DNA of 47,553 nt. Origin: a virus (taxonomy: Duplodnaviria > Caudoviricetes). Positions 8,961 to 17,736 of this stretch are shown here, piece after piece (position 1 is the first letter of the stretch; each line of letters begins with the position of its first letter). The stretch is taken from IMG/VR virus record IMGVR_UViG_3300048865_000014, positions 1 to 47,553 of that record. One strand, 5' to 3'. The position numbers were made by a program, and so were the translations under genes. The notes below the pieces were generated by a model. The model had not been told where the DNA came from and did no database searches. It was given only the letters and a program-made list of their open reading frames with translations.

Positions 8961-9260
8961 TCACGCCGCCACCCTCCGAAGCGCTGCCGACCGGGCTTTA
9001 GCCGCTTCCTTTTCTGCCGGATCAATGTTTGCCCACACTTCATGCATGATGTGTGGAGGCATAACTGTCGTCGGCCATTTATCCTCCGGGAGCCCCTTGA
9101 GCGGGATGATCCTGACGCAGTAATTCGGGCCAAAGACAGAGCCGTTTGCCCATATGCGGTAGATGACCTCAACGTCATCGCTTATGCGCTTCGCTTCGTT
9201 CATCTGGGCGTCGGTGAGGATGTAGCAATCCTCGATAACCACGTCGTCATCGTTGTCCAT
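8961..9260 (-). CDS. Hypothetical phage protein
   Basis: ATG 9260 with GGAG RBS. Confidence 0.55.
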   Translation of the reverse strand: MDNDDDVVIEDCYILTDAQMNEAKRISDDVEVIYRIWANGSVFGPNYCVRIIPLKGLPEDKWPTTVMPPHIMHEVWANIDPAEKEAAKARSAALRRVAA

Positions 9261-9507
9261 GGCTTTCTCCGTCGTCAGCCTCAGCGGCCTCAACGATCTG
9301 CCGGGCCGTAAGGGTCAGGGTCGGCTCGTCGCCGTCTTCCGCGTCATCAAGCAAGCATTGCGCGGCGATGACCCAGTCGTCAGGGATCAATCCTTTAGTC
9401 ATGCGTCTCTCCAATCAGCGGGTCGCTATCCCGATGCCACTTCGCCAGTCGATCCAGCAGCGGCGCTATCACTACAGCCAGTGCCAGGCCGGATATCAGG
9501 TAGCCAG

Positions 9508-9780
9508 TCACGTCGCTATCTCCCGCTCCACAGCGCCCAGCAGCCTGTTCCGCAAGTCCTTGCTCCAGTGCGTCGTATCCTTCGCGATCAGGTGCAGGAG
9601 GATTGCCTTGTCGATGCCGTCCAGGTTGTCGAAGAACATCTGGTCGTCAACTCTGGCGGTCCACCAGGTAGAACCATGCTGGTCAGAGTCCCAGCCGGAG
9701 ATGGTGGCGAATACGTCCATGACCTCATCCGGGGTGGCGCTGATTACCTCGGGCTCTTTGGGGGCGGGGAGGGCGCTCAT
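9508..9780 (-). CDS. Hypothetical phage protein
   Basis: ATGA overlap with upstream gene. Confidence 0.55.
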   Translation of the reverse strand: MSALPAPKEPEVISATPDEVMDVFATISGWDSDQHGSTWWTARVDDQMFFDNLDGIDKAILLHLIAKDTTHWSKDLRNRLLGAVEREIAT

Positions 9781-10076
9781 TTCTCCATCCCCGGCACGCA
9801 CCGCACGTGCTCGTCTATCGGCGTCTCGCCAGTACGCGCAGCAGCGTCTAGGGCGAGTTCGTGGGCGTAGTGGGCTTGAGCCGATAGGGCGCTGGGGGCT
9901 TCAGCTTTGGCAAGCGCGGCCTCTACTTCCGCTAGCGTCTCTTGCACATCGCGGACGGGCTTCCTGGATAGGAGCGCGCGATAGCTATGAGCGATCCTTT
10001 CCAGCGCCTCATACAGCTCCACCGCAATCTGCGGGTTCTCCTGCACTCGGCGGGTGAAGTCGGGGGGGATAGACAT
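9777..10076 (-). CDS. Hypothetical phage protein
   Basis: MSIPPDF start with AAGGAG RBS. Confidence 0.6.
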   Translation of the reverse strand: MSIPPDFTRRVQENPQIAVELYEALERIAHSYRALLSRKPVRDVQETLAEVEAALAKAEAPSALSAQAHYAHELALDAAARTGETPIDEHVRCVPGMEK

Positions 10077-10086
10077 GGAGGGCTCC

Positions 10087-10359
10087 TTAGTCGTTCGCGT
10101 TCTGTGCCAGCCAATCGTCAATGCCGTCGTAGTCGGCGCTGTACCACTCGCTCCATTCGCCATCCTCGTAGACCTCCAAGCCGGCCGCGTTGCAGAAATC
10201 CGGCTTGATGTTGTGCTCCAGTTGGAACAGGTCGTAGCGAGCCAGCGCATTCAACACAGCGCCGGCTTCTTCGAGCGATTTCACCGGCACATGGAACGGC
10301 GCCATCGGTACTTGCGGGATATGCCACACGCGCAGATCGCCTTCTTTCGGGGGATTCAT
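10087..10359 (-). CDS. P22 gp17-like protein (annotated superinfection exclusion / anti-exclusion family)
   Basis: LRVWHIPQVPM.PF.V.V.S.EE...L.ALA.YD.FQ...NIKPD.CNA.GLE matches the P22 gp17 sequence as I recall it. Confidence 0.75.
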   Translation of the reverse strand: MNPPKEGDLRVWHIPQVPMAPFHVPVKSLEEAGAVLNALARYDLFQLEHNIKPDFCNAAGLEVYEDGEWSEWYSADYDGIDDWLAQNAND

Positions 10360-10389
10360 CGTTCTTCCTTCTCTCTGCTGCGTTGGGGG

Positions 10390-10797
10390 TTAGGCGACTA
10401 CCGTTTGGTGCGCCAATAGCTGATCGACAAGCGACCGCGCATCGTTTTGAATGCGCATCGGAATGCCGTCCTTCGGGTCGCACTGCTCTGCCCAGTCGTC
10501 GTAAAGGTGCATGTAGTCACTGCCAACCTTCAAGACGCGTTGCGCCTTCTGGAAGTCATACTTAATGCCCTGCGACGGCTCGTAGGTGATGTACTTGTCG
10601 TAGGTCGCCCCGCCGTGGAAGTCGAGTCGCATCGCGGCTTCGGGGTCGTTGTGCAGGGGATGGCAATCGAAGATGTTCGCGTAGACATTCCATCCGAACT
10701 TGTCCTCCCTTTGCCACGCACGAACAGTCACGGAGAAGTGCTTGCTCATGAAAACGGTCCATTCGTAGCTCGGCTGGTCGATCTTCAACTCGTACAT
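10390..10797 (-). CDS. Hypothetical phage protein
   Basis: 135-aa ORF with FHGGATY motif, GGAG RBS. Confidence 0.7.
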   Translation of the reverse strand: MYELKIDQPSYEWTVFMSKHFSVTVRAWQREDKFGWNVYANIFDCHPLHNDPEAAMRLDFHGGATYDKYITYEPSQGIKYDFQKAQRVLKVGSDYMHLYDDWAEQCDPKDGIPMRIQNDARSLVDQLLAHQTVVA

Positions 10798-10971
10798 TTC
10801 TTCTTCTCCACTTCGTTAGGTAGGTACAGAGATTCAGGGGAGGGCGGCAGGTGCTGATCTCCTGCTTGGCCCAGTTCGAGATACGTCCGCTCGACCACGT
10901 GCCCGGGCTCACTATCACGTGCGCATCAGCCTGCGCGTACTGCTCGCCCTCTCCTGAATCTCCGATTGGGG

Positions 10972-11211
10972 TTAGGCAGATTTCTTTGCCTGTTTCTGAT
11001 AGAAAATCGCCCACGACAGCGAGTCGATTTGCTTGCGTGCCTTCTTCGTTAACAGGTAGATGCTGCTGCCGGCCGCATGCTGCGGGTTGGCGTTTTGCGG
11101 ATTGCCTGAAATTTGCGTGATGGCCGTCGCTAATTCCTTGGCCTCGTACTCGTCAGCGAGACGGCAAGCGTCCCAGCCAAAAAACCCTTTGTGGAGCGCA
11201 GGAATCTTCAT
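10972..11211 (-). CDS. Hypothetical phage protein
   Basis: MKIPALHK start with AAGGA RBS. Confidence 0.55.
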   Translation of the reverse strand: MKIPALHKGFFGWDACRLADEYEAKELATAITQISGNPQNANPQHAAGSSIYLLTKKARKQIDSLSWAIFYQKQAKKSA

Positions 11212-11317
11212 CTCTCTTTCCTTTACCGCTACCAGCCAATCACCACCCAGCCGCCGACAAACAGCACGGCAAGCGGGATCGCCCAGTAGCGAAGGTTCGT
11301 CATCAAGTCGCGCATGG

Positions 11318-11518
11318 CTATCCAATAGACCGCGCAGCGACAGGGACAACTGCCTGACGACCGCCGACGCGCTCATAGACTTCAACGTTGTCAGTCGCTG
11401 GATAGCAGCGCATCCAATCCATCGCTTCCTTCCAGTTCCGGGCGTAGTGCTTCGCCGTCTTGCCGTCGAACTGCGCGATGACAACGAAGCGGGCAAATAG
11501 GCGGGTGAGGATTTGCAT
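11318..11518 (-). CDS. Hypothetical phage protein
   Basis: AAGGA RBS, operon position. Confidence 0.55.
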   Translation of the reverse strand: MQILTRLFARFVVIAQFDGKTAKHYARNWKEAMDWMRCYPATDNVEVYERVGGRQAVVPVAARSIG

Positions 11519-11527
11519 GGCGAGTCC

Positions 11528-11725
11528 TTAGGCGTTGACGTTGGCGACGAAGCCTTGCCAGTGAGCCTCCAGACGCTCGGGGCTGGTATTGACGGCCAGG
11601 TCATGACGATGCGGCCCAAGAAGGTTGCGGGCCTCGCGCATGTGATAGCCAGACGCATCCAGCCTGAGGACGCAGCCGCTGTCGCGGATTTCGCCGTATT
11701 CCTTGAGTTCTTCGATCAGGCTCAT
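11528..11725 (-). CDS. First gene of PL operon, hypothetical
   Basis: GGAGAG RBS, ~30 nt downstream of predicted PL. Confidence 0.6.
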   Translation of the reverse strand: MSLIEELKEYGEIRDSGCVLRLDASGYHMREARNLLGPHRHDLAVNTSPERLEAHWQGFVANVNA

Positions 11726-11757
11726 CTGCTCTCTCCGTTCGGGGTGTCGATGGAGAG

Positions 11758-11797
11758 ATTATGAGTCGGACTGATGGGTAGGTCAACAGTCGGACTG
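11758..11797 (-). promoter_or_regulatory. PL promoter with two CI operators (OL)
   Basis: Minus strand TTGACC-17bp-CATAAT; palindromic (C/G)AGTCGGACTG at 11763-11773 and 11787-11797, same motif as at OR. Confidence 0.88.
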
Positions 11798-11819
11798 ATA
11801 TTCAATTGTAACGGTGCAG

Positions 11820-11844
11820 AAAAAAGCCCCGCTAATGCAGGGCT
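11820..11844 (-). terminator. Intrinsic terminator downstream of lipoprotein gene
   Basis: AGCCC...GGGCT stem next to an A-run (U-tract on minus strand). Confidence 0.6.
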
Positions 11845-11880
11845 GGTCGGAGCGGTCTAGCTTTCTAGCGGCCCACGTAG

Positions 11881-12510
11881 CTATTGAATGAGCTTCAAGA
11901 GATCTTGTTCGAGAGCCCCAGTACTACGGCAATACACGCCTCCCGCGTCAGGGAACGCGGCACCGCTGTTGGATGTGAAAGAAGTCGAGTTCACCACTTG
12001 CCCGTTCTGTCCCATGCTGTTAGACAGGTTGACGGTCTTGGTCACAACATACTTTGTGTTCGCTGTAACGCGCGTCTTGCCCGCTTCAATGGCTTCGAAT
12101 ACCAAGTTGACGCGGCCCTCGAGTGCAATGCGGCGCTGTATGAAGTAGAGTTCCCCACCCTCCATGGATTCATATTGTTGGAAGCCTGCGGCGGCGGGGA
12201 AGACGTAGTCGCGTGTTCCTCTAAGATTCTGCACGTGAGAAGAAATCCAACCACAGTCTATGTACCGATCCGGGGTGCCGCTATAGCTGAGGTTTATAAG
12301 CCCAGAGGCTTTGTCCATGTTGTTGATCACGAAGAACTGCTTGCTGAGCGCAGGAACGGCCTTCTGCCAGGCGGCGTCGATTGACTCGTTAACTGTGATC
12401 TCGTTTTCGAGCACTGTGGTCGGAGACGGCGGTGTGTAGGTGACCTTGCCGGCGCAAGCTCCGAGTGCGCTGCAACATGCTGCAATGAGCAGTGTCCTAG
12501 TTCGTTGCAT
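11881..12510 (-). CDS. Lipoprotein (moron)
   Basis: MQRTRTLLIAACCSALGA-C lipobox; lower GC. Confidence 0.75.
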   Translation of the reverse strand: MQRTRTLLIAACCSALGACAGKVTYTPPSPTTVLENEITVNESIDAAWQKAVPALSKQFFVINNMDKASGLINLSYSGTPDRYIDCGWISSHVQNLRGTRDYVFPAAAGFQQYESMEGGELYFIQRRIALEGRVNLVFEAIEAGKTRVTANTKYVVTKTVNLSNSMGQNGQVVNSTSFTSNSGAAFPDAGGVYCRSTGALEQDLLKLIQ

Positions 12511-12665
12511 TTTATCCCTCGATGTAACGTCATGCATCTTAGTTCGGATTGCGCAACTATTCCAGCGCAAAAGATTTCACCCGCCAAGATGTATCCGTTT
12601 GGTTGATAGGGCTGGTCTATTCATACTCTGTATCCGGACAACAGAATCCGGAGGAGAAAGAAAAA

Positions 12666-12920
12666 ATGCGTACCGAGCAGCTCGTCGCTGTCCTAGAAGA
12701 CATAGATGCCCGGGCCATCCGTCCTGCTCGGAGCGGCGACCTCCTGCAGCTCGGAATACGAGGAGATTGCGTCACTGCCAAGCTGGCCGATACCGGGCGA
12801 AGACTTGGCGAGATCCGCTCGGCCCAACTAGTCAGTCACATTCGAAGAGGCGGTAGGGTTCGCGGGATGTTGGAGAAGTCCTTGAGCGGCGCCATGGTGG
12901 TTTGCACCCTCATCAAGTAG
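12666..12920 (+). CDS. Hypothetical protein
   Basis: ATG 12666 preceded by GGAGGAG; 84 aa. Confidence 0.5.
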   Translation: MRTEQLVAVLEDIDARAIRPARSGDLLQLGIRGDCVTAKLADTGRRLGEIRSAQLVSHIRRGGRVRGMLEKSLSGAMVVCTLIK

Positions 12921-13363
12921 GCTCGCTGATCTTCCAGTTCCCGCATCACTGCAGGCCATTTGAGTTCAAGCGTTTCCGCGTCCATCGCGCGCGGGTCGAT
13001 GTGTATACCGCACTCCGCCTCACCATCCAACGATGCGAATATGGCCAATCCGGCAATGAGATACGGGCGCCCGCTGACCACCGCTGCTTGCTGTCGGGTC
13101 AACGCCGCCGCGACCAGTGCCAGCGCGCCGGCGCACTCCGAAGCCGCCACTGTGGCGGGGAAGGTGACCGTCACCAGGAATGGCCACGACTCCATACAGG
13201 AAACGCTGACACCTGCTTGGGCAGCTCGCTCCTGCGCTCTTTGCATGCTCATCAGTGTGCGCACTGGGTCTCCTATGTCCGCTGCTTCGAGAGCAGGGCA
13301 CAGGTCCATTACAGCACTGTGATGGTACGGGGAAAGCGGCGAATAACGGCTGAATACCATCAC
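12836..13363 (-). CDS. Hypothetical protein
   Basis: 175-aa ORF divergent from Arc gene; start uncertain. Confidence 0.45.
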   Translation of the reverse strand: MMVFSRYSPLSPYHHSAVMDLCPALEAADIGDPVRTLMSMQRAQERAAQAGVSVSCMESWPFLVTVTFPATVAASECAGALALVAAALTRQQAAVVSGRPYLIAGLAIFASLDGEAECGIHIDPRAMDAETLELKWPAVMRELEDQRAYLMRVQTTMAPLKDFSNIPRTLPPLRM

Positions 13364-13407
13364 AGTGCGAGTATTTTATCCAGCACTGTGCGGGCACACT
13401 GCGCCGC

Positions 13408-13650
13408 ATGGGACGAACGAGAAACAGCGGCGTGAGGGGCTGGGATCAGGTGACTGTGCGCCTGCCGCCGGGCATGCGCGACAAGATCAATGAGATAGCG
13501 GCTCAGAACGGGCGGTCGGCCAATGCGGAGATCGTCGCTAGGCTGGAGCGGTCCCTTGTGCTCGGACTCGAACTCGACATCCACGCCGTGCGAGCAGCAG
13601 TGCGCGAAGAACTCCGCGCGGCCTTGACCGATTTGCTGTCGATGAAATGA
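13408..13650 (+). CDS. Arc-family ribbon-helix-helix DNA-binding protein
   Basis: QVTVRLPPGMRDKINEIAAQNGRSANAEIVARLERS. Confidence 0.9.
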   Translation: MGRTRNSGVRGWDQVTVRLPPGMRDKINEIAAQNGRSANAEIVARLERSLVLGLELDIHAVRAAVREELRAALTDLLSMK

Positions 13651-13738
13651 AGAATCGGCGTTGGGCAACGCCTTCGTTCGATTCCCTGCCCGAAACTCTA
13701 TTTTGGCGGCCGCCCATTCCCTACCTGGGTTGCATCGT

Positions 13739-15667
13739 CTAGCCCGCGTTGTTATCTGGCGTAATGTATGCCTGCTGGGGGTGGCTAGGCACCGGGTACC
13801 GTCTCGCCAGTCTCCCTTGCTCGACCAGTGGATTGAGATAATGCTTACGCAGTGAAGACTCGGATCGATCCAGGGCAACGGCGAGATCCTTTAGTGTTAC
13901 AAATCGACCGCGGCAAAGGTCAACGATCAGAGCTTCTATTCTGGACGGCTGCGCTCGCTTTGGGAGCGGGCAGCCATTGGTGAGGTGCTTTAGCGCTTCC
14001 TTCAGCTCGGCGCTTATGCCCCTGGGCTCAGTGTTATGTCCATAGCTTGAGGCGCTATGTCCACAGGTCTCAGCGTTATGTCCAGAGGACTGTGAATCAT
14101 CGGGCCTTTGCTGGTCTGCTAAACCTTGGATCGCTGGCGTAGCGAACGGCTCGCCGGACTCGTTATTGTATCCGGGTAAAAAATAAATCATTCCGCGGCG
14201 GACCCCATCAGACTGCAGTAAGCCCGATCTGACCAAAGACGTCAGAGCCCGAGAGATATCTACTGGATGCTCTGTGCAGAGCTCTTTGACGCGCGCATGG
14301 TTAATCATGCCTTCGGCCGCCGCGGTGACTAGCACAAGTCGTTCAAGTTCAGGGAGCTCAATGAAACGGTCCCCGAATCGACCTTCTAGTCCTCGGATTG
14401 CCTCTTCGGGGAACATGTTCTCCATACGAAGCTCCATCAATGTCTGCTCCGGCTCGTCCATTTCGTACAGCGAGGGCCGGCGCCATTGTTGACTCTGCCA
14501 GTTGCTATAGATTTTGGGGATGCCTGAGCCGGCATTGTCCCCATAGCCGACTAAGGAGAACATTGTCTGGAGGCGGCGGTTCCGGCAATCGCTGTTTCCG
14601 CCGAGTAATGCTAGTTCTAACGGTATTCTCATGCGCCCGGGATTTCGGAACCCGTACATATCCGGTCGTTTCACAACAAGCACCGACACACGGCCAGTAA
14701 AGTCGGCATGGATAAGCGTGTTAACCAGTGCTTCGCGCAATGCCTCCGTCTGAGCGCTGTCCTCGACGCGCTGGCCATTCACTAGGCGGAAAGGCACTTT
14801 CAGGCCATCGGTCAGCTTTTGATAGGTCCGTCTGAAAAAATCGTAGACGTTTCCAGACCATGACCCGTCCGGAACAAGTCGATCAACCCATCGCTTTTCG
14901 GCTTTAGCTTCTGGACGCTCTTGGTAATCAACCATGTAGTTCGGAAGCACTTCACGGATCGCGCCCGATGTGCCGAACATCAGGAGCCCAGCAAGCCTGA
15001 GCCCCGTCGCGCCAGTCTGGCGGTCGCGTCCAACTGCTCCTATTTTTTCAAGGAATTCGTTCATTCCTAGATCCACATATATGTGGCCTGGCCGTACCGC
15101 AGAGAAGCGGTTGCGGTAGGCGACGACACTGTCCATGTCTAGGTCTGTTACGTCAAAATGCTCAAGAATACGGGCGTCCCGCGCGTCCTCCACTCTTTCC
15201 GCCATCATGCGGCGTACCTGTTCTTCTGTGGCGTGAAAATCGCCTTCATTACGCCGCAGATAAGTCCCGCTCATCGGGTTTCTGCCGACATAGACGGGCC
15301 GCTCTTCACGACGCGCCTGTCGAACTCTCACGCACACGATCTTCCGCCCGTTTACATCAGCGACCTCCACATCGCCCGGCCCAAGCAAGTTAGTACTAAT
15401 CTTGTCTTGATTGTGGGCTGCGTTCCAGAGGTCCTGCACAATCTTCTGTGGATCGGCGATCCCATGGACGATAAAACTGCCGTCTGCTTCCTCTACACCA
15501 AGAAGGATATCGCCGCCGTGGGTGTTGGCCATGGCGCTATACGACTCCCAGAACGATTTTGGTACCTCGCCAGCTCCGTTACGGCCCACTGCGAGCTTGC
15601 ACTCTAGTTCCGTCGTCTCTGCGAGGCTACCGATATCGAACTTGGTCGTATAAAGCGTAGTGGCCAT
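13739..15667 (-). CDS. Schlafen/AlbA_2 domain + HATPase_c_4 ('RecG C-terminal') + wHTH protein
   Basis: ETTELECK...SYSAMANTHGGDILLGVEE (AlbA_2); ALREALVNTLIHADF, NPG, RNRRLQTMF..GSGIPKI; C-terminal HTHs. Confidence 0.88.
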   Translation of the reverse strand: MATTLYTTKFDIGSLAETTELECKLAVGRNGAGEVPKSFWESYSAMANTHGGDILLGVEEADGSFIVHGIADPQKIVQDLWNAAHNQDKISTNLLGPGDVEVADVNGRKIVCVRVRQARREERPVYVGRNPMSGTYLRRNEGDFHATEEQVRRMMAERVEDARDARILEHFDVTDLDMDSVVAYRNRFSAVRPGHIYVDLGMNEFLEKIGAVGRDRQTGATGLRLAGLLMFGTSGAIREVLPNYMVDYQERPEAKAEKRWVDRLVPDGSWSGNVYDFFRRTYQKLTDGLKVPFRLVNGQRVEDSAQTEALREALVNTLIHADFTGRVSVLVVKRPDMYGFRNPGRMRIPLELALLGGNSDCRNRRLQTMFSLVGYGDNAGSGIPKIYSNWQSQQWRRPSLYEMDEPEQTLMELRMENMFPEEAIRGLEGRFGDRFIELPELERLVLVTAAAEGMINHARVKELCTEHPVDISRALTSLVRSGLLQSDGVRRGMIYFLPGYNNESGEPFATPAIQGLADQQRPDDSQSSGHNAETCGHSASSYGHNTEPRGISAELKEALKHLTNGCPLPKRAQPSRIEALIVDLCRGRFVTLKDLAVALDRSESSLRKHYLNPLVEQGRLARRYPVPSHPQQAYITPDNNAG

Positions 15668-15714
15668 GCTGAATGTGGCTTGAGGTGAAGTGTCGCTCTT
15701 CGGGTCAGCTGGAT

Positions 15715-16464
15715 TTACAACTCTCGATGTAGATGCACCACCCGCCCGAGCAAATACGTGCCATCGCCGCACGGTACAGGCGGGTATGACCTCTGGTCCA
15801 CGTTGTCCGAGGTCAGCCACCAGCGCCGGTGCTCATATTTCAGCCGCTTCACCGTCAGCTCGCCCTCATGATTAACAGCCACAATGGCGTCTTTTTCCCG
15901 GCTTGTATTCGCGGTGTCCACCACGATAACGTCGCCGCTCCGGATGCCAGGCGCCATGCTGTTGCCATTGACGCGCGTGGCGTAGAGCCTGGATGGGTCT
16001 AGGTCACGCCGCTCCAGCCATGTTCGAGGCAGGAATAACGGCTCGCCATCATCCTCGTCGGTGAATTCCACAGAGAAGCCGGCGATTCCAGCGGAAATCT
16101 TGAAGACCACCTGACGGACCGGAACGAACCCGCCATGAGTCTCGGCGTCGATCTCTTGCGCTTGCCGGGTCTCCGGCACCGCGGTCGCGATCCGCTCGAT
16201 CTCCGCGGCAAGGTCTGGGCTGATTGCCTCAGGCGATACCTCCAGAAGTCCAGCGAACTTCACCAAAGCGTTGATGTTCAGCGGAATCTTGCCGTTTACA
16301 TACTGGCTGACCGAACTTTGGCTGTTGAAACCGAGTACAGCCGCCACCGCCTCCTGCGAAGCCGGCTCCTTGTTGGCGCGTCGGCGGTCCTTCCATTCTT
16401 CGTAGAGAGAACGGAGTCGGGCAGCATCGGCTAACTGGGCTGGGGTCAGGGGCTGGGCTGGCAT
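15715..16464 (-). CDS. cI: CI-like repressor (HTH + S24 autopeptidase)
   Basis: SQEAVAAVLGFNSQSSVSQYVNGKIPLN HTH; SAG cleavage site, GNSMAP and VKRL catalytic motifs. Confidence 0.95.
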   Translation of the reverse strand: MPAQPLTPAQLADAARLRSLYEEWKDRRRANKEPASQEAVAAVLGFNSQSSVSQYVNGKIPLNINALVKFAGLLEVSPEAISPDLAAEIERIATAVPETRQAQEIDAETHGGFVPVRQVVFKISAGIAGFSVEFTDEDDGEPLFLPRTWLERRDLDPSRLYATRVNGNSMAPGIRSGDVIVVDTANTSREKDAIVAVNHEGELTVKRLKYEHRRWWLTSDNVDQRSYPPVPCGDGTYLLGRVVHLHREL

Positions 16465-16471
16465 GCGCGCA

Positions 16472-16541
16472 ACGATATGAGTAGGGCTAATAGTTTGCAA
16501 TTAGTCAGACTGTTGACTTAATGAGCAGTCCGACTGATAAT
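16472..16541. promoter_or_regulatory. OR switch: PRM and PR promoters with operators
   Basis: PR TTGACT(16513)-17-GATAAT(16536); PRM minus strand TTGCAA(16500)-17-TATCGT(16477); operators TAGTCAGACTG 16502-16512, CAGTCCGACTG 16526-16536, degenerate GAGTAGGGCTA 16479-16489. Confidence 0.88.
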
Positions 16542-16548
16542 CAAAGGC

Positions 16549-16773
16549 ATGAACTCGATCCGTCGCATCCGATCTCGAATGGGTTTCACCCAACAAGCGC
16601 TGGCCGAAGGGCTGGGTGTCAGCCAGGGGAACGTCTCGTTCTATGAGAGGGGGCAGACAGTGCCGCCCCATGTCGCCGAACGTCTCATCACGCTAGCCAA
16701 GTTGGTCGGCGTGGAGATCACATTCAACGACATATACGCCGCCTCCCGCGTTCCAGCAGAAGAGTCGGCTTGA
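16549..16773 (+). CDS. cro: Cro-like HTH_3 regulator
   Basis: TQQALAEGLGVSQGNVSFYERG; divergent from cI. Confidence 0.9.
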   Translation: MNSIRRIRSRMGFTQQALAEGLGVSQGNVSFYERGQTVPPHVAERLITLAKLVGVEITFNDIYAASRVPAEESA

Positions 16774-16879
16774 TCCTTCGTTGATGCGTGGTTGCTGTTC
16801 ATTCTTGTTCTATCCCGTCGTTGTTGCATCGCATCGTAGTTGACAAGCTCATCAGTAAATACGTTCGGAGACATATCCC

Positions 16880-17323
16880 ATGAACATCGCAGATGCCGCA
16901 TACGCCACCGTCCACGATTACCCGGGTGGTAGCGAATCCCTCGGCCCCCGCGTTGGCACCTCGGCCGCGGTGCTTCGGAACAAGGTCAACCCGAACAACG
17001 ACACGCACCACCTTACGGTCGCTGAAGCAGATCGCATAGTCGGCGTGACGGGCGACTTCCGAATGCTGAAAGCCTGGGCGAACGCGCACGGCTTTCTCCT
17101 CATCAAGGCGCCCGACGCACAGCGCGGGGAATCGGACATGTCGGTACTGGAGAAGGTCGTTGAGCTGGGCGTGGCAAATGGTCAGTTCATGCAGGCCATA
17201 AACGCTGCTTTGGCTGACGGTCGCATAGACCAAAGGGAGATCCAAGCCATCCGGGAAGCCGAGCGCGTCTTGCAGACCGTCGCCGCTGATGTGACGCAGC
17301 GCATGGAAGGGATGGCCGACTGA
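16880..17323 (+). CDS. Phage regulatory CII-family protein
   Basis: YPGGSESLGPRVG.SAAVLRNKVNPNNDTHHLT, ALADGRID..E; position after cro. Confidence 0.85.
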   Translation: MNIADAAYATVHDYPGGSESLGPRVGTSAAVLRNKVNPNNDTHHLTVAEADRIVGVTGDFRMLKAWANAHGFLLIKAPDAQRGESDMSVLEKVVELGVANGQFMQAINAALADGRIDQREIQAIREAERVLQTVAADVTQRMEGMAD

Positions 17324-17736
17324 TGGACCGCCAAGTCTTCATCCTTTCCCATCCTCTGGCGCGCAGGAACGCGGCCAGGGCGTGCGCTGAGGCGCCGGAA
17401 GGGTATCGGGTGGAGATCAAGCCGAAGACCCGCACGCTGGCGCAGAACGACATGCTGTGGTCGATCCTGACCGAAATATCACGCCAGGTCGAATTCATCG
17501 TGAACGGGCACGCCACAAAGGTGTCGCCCGAGGAAGTCAAGGACATCCTTACCGCGGGGCTAAAGCGGGAAATGCGGATGGCCCTCGGTGTGGACGGATC
17601 CATGGTCTTGCTGGGCCAGCGTACGAGCCGAATGACCGCCCGAGAAATGAGCCAGCTGATCGAACTGGCCTATGCCTTCGGGGCTGAGCGCTCTGTCGAG
17701 TGGTCGCCCACGTCCCTCGGGAGGGACCACCAATGA
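17323..17736 (+). CDS. ninB: NinB-family recombination protein
   Basis: RTLAQNDMLWSILTEISRQV, GQRTSRMT.REMSQLIE..YAFGAE. Confidence 0.9.
   Translation: MDRQVFILSHPLARRNAARACAEAPEGYRVEIKPKTRTLAQNDMLWSILTEISRQVEFIVNGHATKVSPEEVKDILTAGLKREMRMALGVDGSMVLLGQRTSRMTAREMSQLIELAYAFGAERSVEWSPTSLGRDHQ

Noticed and set aside
13739-15667. Link between the Schlafen-like gene and the neighbouring tRNA-Leu(UAA)/tRNA-Ser (type II tRNAs cleaved by human SLFN11)
   Set aside because: The tRNAs are host genes at the integration site; nothing in the sequence supports substrate specificity
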